Source of the DNA: an uncultured Gammaproteobacteria bacterium
Lineage (GTDB): Bacteria > Pseudomonadota > Gammaproteobacteria > UBA9214
DNA length: 64,000 nt
Assembly (NCBI GenBank): GCA_963701505.1
Contig: CAVOZZ010000012.1
Coordinates: 80,219 to 144,218, forward strand
Direction: 5' to 3'
Part shown: in pieces, positions 1-11,511 of the stretch
Numbering within the stretch: the first letter of the stretch is position 1
Layout: each line of letters opens with the position of its first letter
Program-made: the position numbers and the translations under genes
The notes under the pieces: model-generated
Databases searched by the model: none
Seen by the model: only the letters and a program-made list of their open reading frames with translations
Told to the model about the DNA's origin: nothing

Positions 1-200
1 GTCACGGTGGTCGCGATCAGCAGTACCTGCAGACCGGGAATCATGCCGACATGCAGGGTAACCAGTGCCACAACCGCCGCGGCCAGGTAATTCAGGATGC
101 CCCCCAGCCAGGGCAGCAGAAACGACATGACACCGCAGGTCGTGGTAAATAAAACCGCTTGCCAGCGACCACTGACAATATAGGCCGCCAGTGCTTTCAT
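1..200 (-). CDS. Small integral membrane protein, 5' part only (gene continues beyond window start)
   Basis: ATG at 200 (minus) opens the hydrophobic frame MKALAAYIVSGRWQAVLFTTTCGVMSFLLPWLGGILNYLAAAVVALVTLHVGMIPGLQVLLIATTV, which stays open to base 1. It lies just downstream of rpsR, where Pseudomonas-type operons carry a small membrane protein before rplI. No clear SD. Confidence 0.4.
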   Translation of the reverse strand, partial: MKALAAYIVSGRWQAVLFTTTCGVMSFLLPWLGGILNYLAAAVVALVTLHVGMIPGLQVLLIATTV

Positions 201-247
201 GGCCGTAAACACCGGGCGCCCTGCTTTATATCTTTAGTCGGATCCAG

Positions 248-472
248 CTAGTGTGCGTCACAGTACGGCAACAGCGACAGGTATCGAGCACGCTTGATCG
301 CAGTGGACAGCTGACGCTGATACCTTGCCTTGGTACCGGTGATCCGGCTGGGTACAATCTTGCCGGTCTCTGAAACATATTGCTTCAGGACGGCAATATC
401 CTTGTAATCAATTTCCTTGGTTCCTTCCGCCGTGAAACGGCAGAATTTACGACGACGATAATAACGAGCCAT
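248..472 (-). CDS. rpsR: 30S ribosomal protein S18
   Basis: 74-aa [20 protein letters not shown]...[10 protein letters not shown] is a canonical S18 sequence. It sits directly downstream of rpsF. Confidence 0.97.
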   Translation of the reverse strand: MARYYRRRKFCRFTAEGTKEIDYKDIAVLKQYVSETGKIVPSRITGTKARYQRQLSTAIKRARYLSLLPYCDAH

Positions 473-503
473 GGTAGTTCCTCTTGAATTCAGTTAGCCG
501 GGA

Positions 504-947
504 TTATTCCGCCGCAGCAGCGGCATCATCATAGTCAGCGTCATCCGTCGCCTCAACGACGTCCTCAGCAACATCCGTTTCATCCTGCGAATCATCGGAA
601 TCGGCGGCTCCCCGGTCGCGTCTTTCATCCGGGCGCTTTGCCAGCAGAGAGGGCTCGGTAATGGCCTCCTTGCGGCTGATCACCATGCTCCTGATAACCG
701 CATCATTGAAGCGAAAGGCACTGTTGAGTTCTTCCAGTACAGCGGTACTGCATTCGATATTCATCAGCACGTAATGTGCCTTGTGCAGCTTCTGGATCGG
801 GTAGGCAAGCTGGCGTCGACCCCAGTCTTCCAGCCGGTGGATAGCGCCGCCATCTCCTTCAATCGTGCCGCGATAGCGTTCGATCATGGCAGGCACCTGC
901 TCGCTCTGGTCAGGGTGGACCAGAAACACAATTTCATAATGTCTCAT
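504..947 (-). CDS. rpsF: 30S ribosomal protein S6 with long acidic C-terminal tail
   Basis: 147-aa [28 protein letters not shown]...RRQLAYPI is canonical S6. It has a D/E-rich tail ending in AAAAAE. Confidence 0.97.
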   Translation of the reverse strand: MRHYEIVFLVHPDQSEQVPAMIERYRGTIEGDGGAIHRLEDWGRRQLAYPIQKLHKAHYVLMNIECSTAVLEELNSAFRFNDAVIRSMVISRKEAITEPSLLAKRPDERRDRGAADSDDSQDETDVAEDVVEATDDADYDDAAAAAE

Positions 948-1154
948 TCAAGACCCCTTGTGGATGAGTAGCCTGCTGTCTCGGCAACAGGCAAGGAGTT
1001 TATAATTCAGCTGTTATTCAGCCTTTTAAAAGAGCGCGCATTCTACGTGAGGGCCGATGGATATGCAATCAACAACCCCGCGGGCACCCATTGCCTTCGC
1101 GATGATCTGCCACCCCGTGTTCGCAGATTGATCCACTCCAGCAGGGTACTGTTT

Positions 1155-1913
1155 TTACTTAACATTCTGCAGGCGCTGGCGGCGGGCCTCGAACAGCAAC
1201 ACCCCGGCCGCCACCGAGACATTCAGGCTCTCCACCTGCCCCGCCATGGGAATCGCCAGTAAATGATCACAGTGCTCGCGGGTCAGTCGCCGCAGCCCCT
1301 TGCCTTCACTGCCGAGCACCAGCGCAACAGGACCCTGCAGGTCACTGCTGAAGAGCCCCTCAGCCGCTTCACCGCTGGCACCGTAGATCCAGATACCGGC
1401 TTCACGCAGCATGCGCAAGCTACGCGCCAGGTTCGTCACCTGGAAAATCGGCACCGATTCCACCGCTCCACAGGCGACCTTGTGCACCACCGGGGTGATA
1501 CCCGAGGCACGGTCACGCGGCAGGATCAGCGCATGCACGCCAGCAGCATCCGCAGTACGCAAACAGGCACCCAGGTTGTGCGGATCCTGCACCCCGTCGA
1601 GCACCAGCAACAGTGCCGGTTCGGTCAACGCGGCGAGGAATCCGGGCAATGACTTTTCACTGCGTTCGTACGACACCGCCCTCACCACCGCGATGACACC
1701 CTGGTGCCGGGCACCGGGAATTCTTTCATCCAGTTCCGCACGGGACGGCAGCTGCACCGCCACACCGGCCGCCACGGCTTTCTCTCTCAAGCCGTCAAGT
1801 TGCGCGTTTTTGGCACCACTGGCGAGCAGCAGTTTTTTTATCGAGTCAGGCCGTTGTGCGAGCAGTGCCGCCACCGCGTGTATGCCATACACGTACCCGG
1901 CGCTAGCGGTCAT
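1155..1913 (-). CDS. rlmB: 23S rRNA (guanosine-2'-O)-methyltransferase RlmB (SpoU/TrmH family)
   Basis: 252-aa ORF with an N-terminal YVYGIHAV and SpoU motifs (LDGVQDPHNLGACLRTA, LVLGSEGKGLR, IPMAGQVESLNVSVAAGV). It lies downstream of rnr, as in E. coli and Pseudomonas. Confidence 0.9.
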   Translation of the reverse strand: MTASAGYVYGIHAVAALLAQRPDSIKKLLLASGAKNAQLDGLREKAVAAGVAVQLPSRAELDERIPGARHQGVIAVVRAVSYERSEKSLPGFLAALTEPALLLVLDGVQDPHNLGACLRTADAAGVHALILPRDRASGITPVVHKVACGAVESVPIFQVTNLARSLRMLREAGIWIYGASGEAAEGLFSSDLQGPVALVLGSEGKGLRRLTREHCDHLLAIPMAGQVESLNVSVAAGVLLFEARRQRLQNVK

Positions 1914-2505
1914 CCGGCGACTGGCCGAGCGTGACTAAAATCTCGATGCGCCGGTTGAGGCGGCGGCCAGCCTCGGTGGCATTGCTGGCGACCGGGTTGT
2001 CATCCCCGTAACCGCTGACCGCCAGCTGCGCGGCGTTGAACCCCTGTTCGAGCAGCACGTCCGCGACCGCCCGGGCACGGCGTTGCGACAAATCGAGGTT
2101 GAAGGCCGCTGCACCGACGTTGTCTGTGTAACCCGAGACCTGCAGCTGGCGGCCGTGATAGGGTTTCATGACCTGAGCCAGTTGTGCGGCAACTGCCGGG
2201 CGCAGCACCGCACTGCCATAGTCAAACGCAGCATCCGTGGAGACATCCACGCGGGTGACACCATCGGCAAGCGGCACGACCGCAATGCCGCCATGTGTAT
2301 CAGTCACGGCCTGTTGCTGGCTTGTTAGCGTGGCGCAACCGCTGCTCACCAGCAACAGCGGGCAAAGCAAACCGGCCGCAATACCGCGCCAGGCACGCCG
2401 CCCGCTACTCCCGGGAGTCAGGACAGAAAGCAGCAGCCGCAACGGCACACAGCCCGGTAGCCGGCATGCCGGCGCTGAGCAGCGATCCGCATCACGCCGG
2501 TTCAT
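1903..2505 (-). CDS. OmpA-family lipoprotein (peptidoglycan-binding OmpA_C domain)
   Basis: 200-aa ORF with a lipobox-like LLVSSGC. The C-terminal OmpA domain reads SGYTDNVGAAAFNLDLSQRRARAVADVL...NRRIEIL. The true start is uncertain. Confidence 0.8.
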   Translation of the reverse strand: MNRRDADRCSAPACRLPGCVPLRLLLSVLTPGSSGRRAWRGIAAGLLCPLLLVSSGCATLTSQQQAVTDTHGGIAVVPLADGVTRVDVSTDAAFDYGSAVLRPAVAAQLAQVMKPYHGRQLQVSGYTDNVGAAAFNLDLSQRRARAVADVLLEQGFNAAQLAVSGYGDDNPVASNATEAGRRLNRRIEILVTLGQSPDDR

Positions 2506-4769
2506 CGTGACTTTCTCCTGCGAGACGTACTGCGTTTTCCCTTGTCCTTTTTGCTAGCGGAAGTCTTGCGCTGCTGTTTGGCACTCAATTCGAAGTCTAT
2601 CTTGCGGTCATCCAGGTTTACCTGCACCACCTTGACGTTGAGTGGATCACCGAGGCGGAAGATCTGGTTGGTGCGCTCACCGATGAGCCAGTGCCGGGTG
2701 GGATCATAGTGATAGTAATCATTGCCCAGTGCCGTGACATGCACCAGTCCTTCCACATAAATATCCTGCAACTCGACAAAGATCCCGAACGAGGTGGTGG
2801 CGGTAATAATACCGGGGTAGGTCTCGCCGATCTTGTCGAGCATGTATTCGCACTTCAGCCAGTCAATGGCATCACGGGTCGCTTCATCTGCACGCCGCTC
2901 CGTAGCCGAACAGTGTTCACCGAAGACCTGCATGTTTTCGACCGTATAGGGGAAGCTTTTTGGCTTCTTTCCTGCCAGTACGTGACGGATCGCCCGATGC
3001 ACCAGCAGGTCCGGGTAGCGGCGGATGGGTGAGGTAAAATGCGCATAGTGTTCATGCGCCAGGCCAAAGTGACCGATGTTGTCCGGGCTGTACTCGGCTC
3101 GTGGCATGGAGCGCAGCAACACCGTGTTGATCAGGTGTTCATCCGGCCGGCCACTGGCCATCTTCAGCACGGCACTGTAGTCACGGGCCGTGGGCTTGTT
3201 GCCACCACGCAGACCCAGGCCAAGTTCATTCAGGAACTCCTGCAGGTCGGCTACCTTTTCACCGGTCGGCGCCGCATGCACGCGGTTCAGGGTTGGCATC
3301 TTGTGGCGTTCCAGGTAACGCGCCGCGGCGACATTGGCAGCCACCATGCATTCTTCAATGACCTTGTGGGCATCATTGCGCACCAGCGGCACGATGCGCT
3401 CTATCTTGCGCCCGGCACCGAATACGATACGCGTCTCGGTGGTCTCGAAATCGATCGCTCCACGTTTGACGCGGCCCTTGCGCAATACCTTGTAGAGGCT
3501 GTACAACTCGTCAAGGTGCGGCAGCAGCGGCTGGCGTTTCTTGCGCGCCTGCGGATCGAGATCGACCATGATCGCCGCCGCCTCGCTGTAGGTCAGCCGC
3601 GCATGCGAGCGCATCAGGGCATTGCTGAAACGCGAGCGGATCATGCGACCTTCGCGGTTGAAGATAATTTCACAGGCCATGCAGAGGCGATCCACTTCCG
3701 GGTTCAGTGAACACAGCCCGTTGGAAAGTATCTCCGGCAGCATCGGGATCACGCGCTCCGGAAAATACACGGAATTACCACGCTCAAAGGCTTCACTGTC
3801 GAGAGCCGTATCCGGATGTACATAGTGCGAGACATCGGCTATGGCCACTAGCAGCCGCCAGCCTCCCGGCGTGGCCTCGCAGAACACGGCGTCATCAAAA
3901 TCCCTCGCATCAGCGCCGTCGATAGTCACCAGCGGCAGTTCACGCAGGTCCTCACGGCCCCGCTTGGACTGTGCCGGCACCTGTTCACCGAGGCCGGCGA
4001 TCTCCGCCTCGACCGCCGGCGGCCAGGCCTGCGGGATATCGTGACTGCGAATGGAGATATCGATTTCCATGCCAGGCGCCATGTGATCGCCAAGTACCTC
4101 GATCACACGACCCACCGGCGGCGAGCGCTTGCTGGGCTGCTCGATGATCTCCACTGACACGATCTGCCCATGCGTAGCGCCGTTGGACTCGCCGGCCGGG
4201 ACCGGAATGTCTATCGGCAGGCGCTTGTTATCGGGCGTCACGAACTGCACGCCCTTCTCGTTATAAAAACGCCCGACCACGGTGTGCGTGTTGCGCTTCA
4301 GCACCTCGACAACATCACCTTCACGTCGCCCGCGCCGGTCCAGCCCGGTAATGCGCGCCAGTACCCGGTCACCGTGAAACAGGGCGCGCATCTGCCTTGC
4401 CGACAGGTATACATCATCGCCCTCGTCATCGGTCACCAGGAAACCGAAGCCGTCCGGGTGGCCAATCACCCGCCCCTGCACCAGATCAAACTGGTCCGTT
4501 CTGGCATAGCAATCGCGCCGGTTACGGACCAGCTGACCATCCCGGAGCATGGCATTCAGGCGCCGCCGCAGTGCCTCGACGCCATCTTCATCGCGGATAC
4601 CCAGCAATGCCTCGAGATCGGCACGATTGACCGGGTGATCCGCCTCGGTGATGACCTCAAGGATCAGCTCGCGGCTGGCAATGGGCTGTTCGTAGCGTGT
4701 CGCTTCACGGCGGGCATGCGGATCACGACGTTGCGGTGTTCTGGATTTTCTTTGCTTTTTTTTGTCCAT
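2502..4769 (-). CDS. rnr: Ribonuclease R
   Basis: Intact 755-aa ORF with an RNB catalytic region (TIDGADARDFDDAV, HFGLAHEHYAHFTSPIRRYPDLLVHR), an S1 domain and a basic K/R-rich tail. Confidence 0.95.
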   Translation of the reverse strand: MDKKKQRKSRTPQRRDPHARREATRYEQPIASRELILEVITEADHPVNRADLEALLGIRDEDGVEALRRRLNAMLRDGQLVRNRRDCYARTDQFDLVQGRVIGHPDGFGFLVTDDEGDDVYLSARQMRALFHGDRVLARITGLDRRGRREGDVVEVLKRNTHTVVGRFYNEKGVQFVTPDNKRLPIDIPVPAGESNGATHGQIVSVEIIEQPSKRSPPVGRVIEVLGDHMAPGMEIDISIRSHDIPQAWPPAVEAEIAGLGEQVPAQSKRGREDLRELPLVTIDGADARDFDDAVFCEATPGGWRLLVAIADVSHYVHPDTALDSEAFERGNSVYFPERVIPMLPEILSNGLCSLNPEVDRLCMACEIIFNREGRMIRSRFSNALMRSHARLTYSEAAAIMVDLDPQARKKRQPLLPHLDELYSLYKVLRKGRVKRGAIDFETTETRIVFGAGRKIERIVPLVRNDAHKVIEECMVAANVAAARYLERHKMPTLNRVHAAPTGEKVADLQEFLNELGLGLRGGNKPTARDYSAVLKMASGRPDEHLINTVLLRSMPRAEYSPDNIGHFGLAHEHYAHFTSPIRRYPDLLVHRAIRHVLAGKKPKSFPYTVENMQVFGEHCSATERRADEATRDAIDWLKCEYMLDKIGETYPGIITATTSFGIFVELQDIYVEGLVHVTALGNDYYHYDPTRHWLIGERTNQIFRLGDPLNVKVVQVNLDDRKIDFELSAKQQRKTSASKKDKGKRSTSRRRKSR

Positions 4770-5009
4770 AAGGTAACCAGCAATCTATAAAAGGTTGGCA
4801 CGAGCCGGCACGCTCTGCGCCGGGACTTGTCGGTTTATGCGTGGAGTTCTCAGGGGACTCGCCTGGCATCATTCCCGCGGCAGCGGCATTCCGGATTGAC
4901 AGGATTCCGGCGACCTGCCCGGGCTGTAGCTGCCACGACGATTAAAACAAAACTTCCTGAGCGATTATAGCAACCTGGCAGCTGTTAGTGTGCTGTCAGC
5001 CGGGTTAAA

Positions 5010-5038
5010 TTGACAAGCCCTAAATCAGGCGGTAGAGT
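5010..5038 (+). promoter_or_regulatory. Putative sigma70 promoter of tRNA-Leu
   Basis: TTGACA (5010-5015), a 17-nt spacer, then TAGAGT (5033-5038). A GC-rich discriminator (tcgcggc) follows. The site is about 40 nt upstream of the tRNA. Confidence 0.45.
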
Positions 5039-5079
5039 TCGCGGCTCTCGGGACAGCTAACAGCCGTTCCGCCAGCCAC

Positions 5080-5166
5080 GCCGAGGTGGTGAAATTGGTA
5101 GACACGCTAGCTTCAGGTGCTAGTCGGGGTAACCCGGTGGAGGTTCAAGTCCTCTCCTCGGCACCA
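5080..5166 (+). tRNA. tRNA-Leu (anticodon CAG), encoded CCA end
   Basis: GCCGAGGTGGTGAAATTGGTAGACAC...GGTTCAAGTCCTCTCCTCGGCACCA. The anticodon arm is CTAGC/TTCAGGT/GCTAG, placing CAG in the loop. It has a long variable arm and a T-arm GGTTCAAGTCC. Confidence 0.93.
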
Positions 5167-5172
5167 CATGAG

Positions 5173-5208
5173 AAAAGGCCTGTGCCATGTATTTGCACCG
5201 GCCTTTTT

Positions 5209-5210
<2 letters not shown>
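5173..5210. terminator. Bidirectional rho-independent terminator between tRNA-Leu and purA
   Basis: AAAAGGCCTGTGC ... GCACCGGCCTTTT forms a hairpin with one mismatch. It has a T-run on the plus strand and TTTTCTC on the minus strand. It starts right after the purA stop codon. Confidence 0.6.
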
Positions 5211-6547
<1,337 letters not shown>

Positions 6548-6593
6548 TTAGCAGTTGTCCTGGCGGCGAGACAGGCACTGATGTGAGGTTCAA

Positions 6594-7782
6594 TCAGCAC
6601 ACCGGCTTCACCAGCCACTGACCCTTCTCGTTGACCAGCACCCGGTCACAACCCATCTCGGCGGCAGCGCCTTCCTGACCGGGCAAGGCATGTACCACCC
6701 GCTCGCCTGACTGTCGCAAGGCCGTTACCGCGGACCAGCAGCTCGCCATCCTCACCGGCGGGGGCGAAGATCGAACCCCTGCTGTGCACAAAGGAACGCT
6801 GACTCAACTGCATCAGCTCTCGCAGATCGGTGCTGAACCCGGTTGCCGGCCGCGAACGCCCGAACACCTTGCCAATGGCGTCATAGCGTCCGCCCCGGGC
6901 AATCTCCTGGCCACAGCCGGGAACAAACACGGCGAACACCATGCCGGTCTGGTAGCGGTAACCGCGCAATTCCGCAAGGTCAAAGTTGAGTGTTTCGGTG
7001 CCTGCTCGTTGCTCAATCAGTGAGGCGATGGCACCGAGGTTATCCAGCGCCGCCAGTACTGACTCACTGGCACCGGCCAGTTGTTCACGTGCCCGCTGCA
7101 GCACGCTGCGATCACCGTTGAGATCCGCCAGTGCCGCAAGTCGCTGACGCTGGCCGGCATCCCCGACAAAGGCCTTGAGCATCTCTTCTATTTCGGGCAC
7201 GGCCTTGCGTTGCAGCGCCTCGAACAGTTCGTTTTCCTGCTGTGCTGAAAGCTCCGCGTCCCTGGCTAGCCCTCTGAAGATCCCCACGTGACCAAGGTCA
7301 ATATGGATATCGGAGATCGACAACAACTGCAGCGACTCCAGCAGCAGCTTGATGATCTCGACGTCACTTTCGACACCCGCGTGGCCGAACAACTCGGCAC
7401 CCACCTGTAACGGGCTCCGTGAACCGCCAAATCCGTCATTGCGCGTATGCAATACCGTACCCATGTAGCACAGCCGTGTCGGCTCGCTGCGTTGCAGCGG
7501 GTGTGCATCGATGCGTGCGGCCTGTGGCGTCATGTCGGCACGCAGCCCCATCATGCGCCCGGTGAGTTGATCGGTCACCTTGAAGGTCTGCAAATCCAGG
7601 TCGTTGCCGGTGCCGGTCAGTAACGATTCCAGGTACTCGATCAACGGTGGAATGATGAGGTCGTAACCCCAGCAGGAAAACAGGTCCAGCAATTCCCGCC
7701 GCGCACACTCCAGCCGCCATGCCGCCGGGGGCAGGACTTGATCAATGCCTTCCGGCAACAACCACTGGTCTTTGGTGCTCAT
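6594..7782 (-). pseudogene. hisZ: ATP phosphoribosyltransferase regulatory subunit HisZ, frame-disrupted near 6733
   Basis: The 378-aa ORF reads WLLPEGIDQVLPP...FKVTDQLTGRMMGLRADMTPQAARIDAH (a HisS-paralog fold). The conserved C-terminus AVTALRQSGERVVHALPGQ continues in ORF 6594-6791. The position between yjeT and purA matches Pseudomonas. Confidence 0.88.
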
Positions 7783-7820
7783 GTCAAATCAGTTCTTGTC
7801 GGTACAGAGATCATCTGCAG

Positions 7821-8015
7821 TTATCTTACTATTGTCAGCATTACCACGCCGATAATCATGCTGATGAGACCGACAATGCGCAGCGTCCTGTCGTCCAGTT
7901 GTGACACCGTCTCCAGCATCTGCCGCAGCGACTGCGGGTTCAGAAACGGCACCATGCCTTCGATCACCAGCAGCAGTGCAATGGCGGCCAGCAGATCAGT
8001 CCAGATAACGTCCAT
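7821..8015 (-). CDS. yjeT: DUF2065 (YjeT-like) small membrane protein
   Basis: An ORF of about 64 aa reads MDVIWTDLLAAIALLLVIEGMVPFLNPQSLRQM...VGLISMIIGVVMLTIV. It sits downstream of hflC, as in E. coli. Confidence 0.75.
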   Translation of the reverse strand: MDVIWTDLLAAIALLLVIEGMVPFLNPQSLRQMLETVSQLDDRTLRIVGLISMIIGVVMLTIVR

Positions 8016-8022
8016 CACTCAC

Positions 8023-8048
8023 AAAAAACCCCGGGCATCAACCCGGGG
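8023..8048 (-). terminator. Rho-independent terminator-like hairpin after hflC
   Basis: On the minus strand, CCCCGGG-ttgatg-CCCGGGG is followed by TTTTTT. The T-run ends 5-8 nt before the yjeT start codon. Confidence 0.6.
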
Positions 8049-8086
8049 ATTACTGCTGTTCAGCATCACTGTGACACGGCTCGCGG

Positions 8087-8970
8087 TCACTTGCCGGAAT
8101 AATCACTGAAGTACTTGAAGAACTCGGAATCGGGTTCCAGCACCAGTACATCCTGCTTATTGGCCAGCGCCTCGCGATAGGCCGTCATGCTGCGATAGAA
8201 CTCGTAGAATTCCTGGTTTTTCCCATAGGCATCTGCATAAATCTCGGTGGCACGCGCATCACCCTCACCACGCAGGATTTCCGCATCGCGCCGCGCCTCG
8301 GCAAGGATGACGGTACGTTCCCTGTCGGCAATCGCCTGGATACCCTTGGCGGCCTCCTGGCCCTGTGCACGGTGTTCCTTGGCAATACGCTCACGTTCGG
8401 CACGCATACGCTGGTAGACGGAGTTACTGCACCTCTGCCGGCAGCTCAATCTGCTTGATGCGCACATCCACGATTTCGATACCGAACTGCTCCACCTCGC
8501 TATTGGCCATTCGTCGTCAGGTTGGTCATCATCTCCGAGCGTTGATCCGACACCACCTGCTTGATGGTGCGCTGGTCAAATTCAAGCTGCAGGCCGTTGT
8601 TTACGATCTGCAACAGGCGCAAGCCTGCCTGGCGCTCATCGCCCATGAACGAGGTGTAATACTTGGCCGGGTTTTTGATACGCCACTTGACAAAGAAGTC
8701 GACCTCGACATTCTTTTTCTCACCGGTCAGGAAGCGTTCCGGGCGGGTGTCCAGCGTCAGCACACGCTTGTCGAACTTGCGGACATTATTGATCGGCCAG
8801 GGGGCCTTGACGTGCAGACCCGGCGCGTAATCGGACTGTACGATCTCACCCAGCTGGAACTTGATGGCCAGTTGCCGCTCATCAACAATAAACAGTGAAC
8901 TCATGGCAACCAGCAAGGCAGCCGCAACCAGTAAATTATGAAATTTTTCATCATTAGCGGCTACCTCCAT
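8087..8970 (-). pseudogene. hflC: Protease modulator HflC, frame-disrupted (about 2 shifts, near 8508 and 8428)
   Basis: Fragment 8500-8970 carries the N-terminal TM and SPFH domain. A third-frame piece reads ANSEVEQFGIEIVDVRIKQIELPAEV. Fragment 8087-8467 reads VYQRMRAERERIAKEHRAQG...YFS. Confidence 0.9.
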
Positions 8971-10091
8971 CGCGGGAGGAGGTGCGTCCGCCCGGTGTGT
9001 TGGCGGACGGAGTTGGCGTAATATTGATCTGTTCGTCCTCGAGCGGCACCTCCTCAGGCAGGCTTCTGTTTTCCATCAGCTTGTCCAGCGGGATATACAT
9101 CAGATTGTTGCCGTCCTTCACCTGCATGATCACCTTGCTGGTATTGGCGAGCACGTACTCCATGGTCTCAAGATACATGCGTTTGCGGGTGATTTCCGGT
9201 GCCTTTTCATACTCGACCAGTGTTTGTGAAAAACGGCTCGCCTCACCATCTGCATTTGCAACCATCTTGTCACGGTAGGCCAATCGCTGCCTCGCGCATA
9301 CGTGTGGCATCACCACGTGCCTTTGGCAGGATATCGAGTGCATAGGCCTCTGCCTGGTTCTTGTAGCGTTCCTCGTCCTCCCGTGCCTTGATGGCATCCT
9401 CAAAGGCGCCCTGCACTTCTTCCGGCGGCTGCGGATCCTGCAGGTTGACACTGGTGATTATCAGGCCGGCCTTGTACTTGTCGAGGATGGACTGCGTCAG
9501 CTCCTTGGTCTGCTGCACGATCGCGCCACGCCCACCACTGAGAAAATCGTCCATGGAGATACCACCGATAACTTCACGCAGCGCACTTTCCGCGGCCTCC
9601 TGCAGGGTGTAATCCGGGTCACGCACCTGGAACAGGTATTCTCTGTGCATCACGCACCTGGTATTGCACGGCAACCTCGACCTGGACGATATTTTCATCC
9701 CGGGTCAGCATCTTGGCGCGGTGACTGACGGTACGCAGGTTATCGACATCGACCTTGTCGACGGTCTCGATACCACGCATGATCCAGTGTGGCCCCGGTC
9801 CGGTGATCGCGTTGAACTTTCCGAGGCGCAACACCACACCGCGTTCGGCCGGCTCGATGATATAAATCCCGAATAACACCCAGGCCATCACGGCAACAAT
9901 GGCCAGCAGACCAAAGTTCAGCGGCTTTCGCAGCGCCGTTACCACCCGTGCCTGCCACCCTTGCCGCCAAAGAATTTATTCATCCTGCTCACGCATCTTG
10001 CGCGCCAGTTCATCGAGGTCCGGCGGGCCGTCATTGCCACTCCGCCGCCCCACGGGTCTTTCTTGCCACCACCCGGTTCATTCCAAGCCAT
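8954..10091 (-). pseudogene. hflK: Protease modulator HflK, heavily frame-disrupted (about 6 shifts)
   Basis: An SD (GGAG) and ATG at 10091 give MAWNEPGGGKKDPWGGG. The frame then moves to SGNDGPPDLDELARKMREQ, to MNKFFGGKGG, to a Gly-rich linker, and to the TM/SPFH fragment (9619-9945). Fragments 9270-9698 and 8954-9451 complete the protein. Confidence 0.9.
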
Positions 10092-10161
10092 ACATTACTC
10101 CAGTTCAGACCACAAACAAGGCACATGCCGGCGACGGCATGGACCAGGATAATGGGTTAGT

Positions 10162-11482
10162 TTAAGAAGCTTGCGCAGTGCCCGCAACAATATCGACGGA
10201 ATCTGCCCTGTGAAAATCGCAGTCTCCATCGGCGTCGCGGATTATCTTGTCTATATTTCTCTGTGCCATACAGATTTCAAGCCACCAGCTGCCCTGCTCA
10301 TCGACATGCTCCGACATGACCTGTCCGACATTATAAAGCGAGGAACGGGTGCGTCCGGCATCCGGCTGGCAAGTGCAGCCAGCCATGCACCTGGGTGCCG
10401 TGAAAATGCGCCGTCAGGGCCTCTGCCAGCAGATCCAGACCGGCCCCTGTCACGGCAGACACCCACACCCGATCCACCTGTCCGTCATCCAGGTATTCAA
10501 TGCGGGGTTCGTTGCCTGAGAGATCGATCTTGTTAAACACACGAATCTGGGGTACTTCAGCGGCACCGATCTCCTGCAACACGACATTCACCTGGTCGAT
10601 ATGTGCATGCCTTTCCGGATCATTCGCGTCCACTACGTGCAACAACAGGTCAGCTGTGCGGGTCTCTTCCAGGGTGGCGCGGAAGGCCGCCACCAGATCG
10701 TGCGGCAGGTGCCTGATAAAGCCCACGGTATCCGCGAGCACCAGTGGTCCAACGCCGGTCACGTCAACCCGGCGCAAGGTCGGATCGAGCGTGGCAAACA
10801 GCTGGTCGGCCACGAACGCGTCCGCACCGGTCAGGGTATTGAACAGGGTCGACTTGCCGGCATTGGTATAGCCCACCAGGGATACCGAAGGCACATCGGC
10901 CCGTTGTCGGGCCCGGCGCCCCTGGTGACGCTGCCGTTCAACCTTGTCAAGACGCTGGTTGATCATCTTGATGCGCGCATTGATCATGCGTCGATCGGAT
11001 TCCAGCTGGGTTTCACCCGGTCCGCGCAACCCGATACCGCCCTTCTGCCGTTCCAGGTGGGTCCAGCCCCGCACCAGGCGGGTGGACAAATGCCTCAACT
11101 GTGCCAGCTCGACCTGTAACTTGCCTTCAAAGGTACGTGCACGTTGTGCGAATATGTCGAGGATCAGACCGGTGCGTGCAACCACGCGACAAGAGAGCAA
11201 CCGTTCCAGGTTTCTTTCCTGGGTTGCGCTCAGGGGGTGGTTGAAGATGACCAGATCGGCCTGGTGTTCTTGTACCGCGGCCAGGACTTCATCCGCCTTG
11301 CCCTGGCCAACAAACAATCGCGGGTCCGGTGCGGCACGCGTGCCTGTCACCGTGGCAACGGCTGTTGCCCCCGCTGAGGCGACCAGTTCGGTGAACTCCT
11401 GCAGATCCTCCTGACCGGCGCCATCGGGAAAATTGACATGGACCAGAACGGCCCGCTCACCACTATCGGGGCGTTCGAACAA
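10162..11482 (-). pseudogene. hflX: GTPase HflX, frame-disrupted near 10378 (C-terminal domain in another frame)
   Basis: The 383-aa ORF carries G-motifs (GYTNAGKST, DTVGF, NKID). The conserved C-terminal domain PDAGRTRSSLYNVGQV...WWLEI continues in ORF 10162-10386. Confidence 0.9.
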
Positions 11483-11511
11483 ACAGGCACCCCGTTCTTT
11501 GATTATTGAAT

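Noticed and set aside
473-503. No priB lies between rpsF and rpsR; the spacer is only 31 nt.
   Set aside because: This is not anomalous. The rpsF-priB-rpsR arrangement is enterobacterial, and Pseudomonas-type genomes, whose order this window follows, have rpsF directly next to rpsR.
1411-1938. Long ORFs antisense to real genes. Examples are 1411-1938 (+) opposite rlmB, 3039-3710 and 4170-4790 (+) opposite rnr, 15703-16383 (+) opposite amiB, 28136-29026 (+) opposite der, 31824-32732 (+) opposite hisS/rodZ, 35569-36210 and 36436-37038 (+) opposite mtkB/mtkA, and 54290-54910 (+) opposite hscB.
   Set aside because: They have Arg/Ala/Gly/Pro-rich, low-information translations typical of the reverse strand of high-GC genes. 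In every case the opposite strand encodes a clearly conserved protein. None has an SD or any recognisable family feature.
4796-4811. A sigma54-like TGGCAC element (TGGCACGAGCCGGCAC) upstream of rnr and tRNA-Leu.
   Set aside because: The -12 element is GGCA instead of TTGC(A/T). It points toward a tRNA that already has a good sigma70 promoter. No enhancer-binding-protein context is present.
5080-5166. tRNA-Leu as a possible integration hotspot or island border.
   Set aside because: There is no integrase, no direct repeat of the tRNA 3' end, and no compositional shift next to it. The flanking genes (rnr, purA) are core genes in conserved order.
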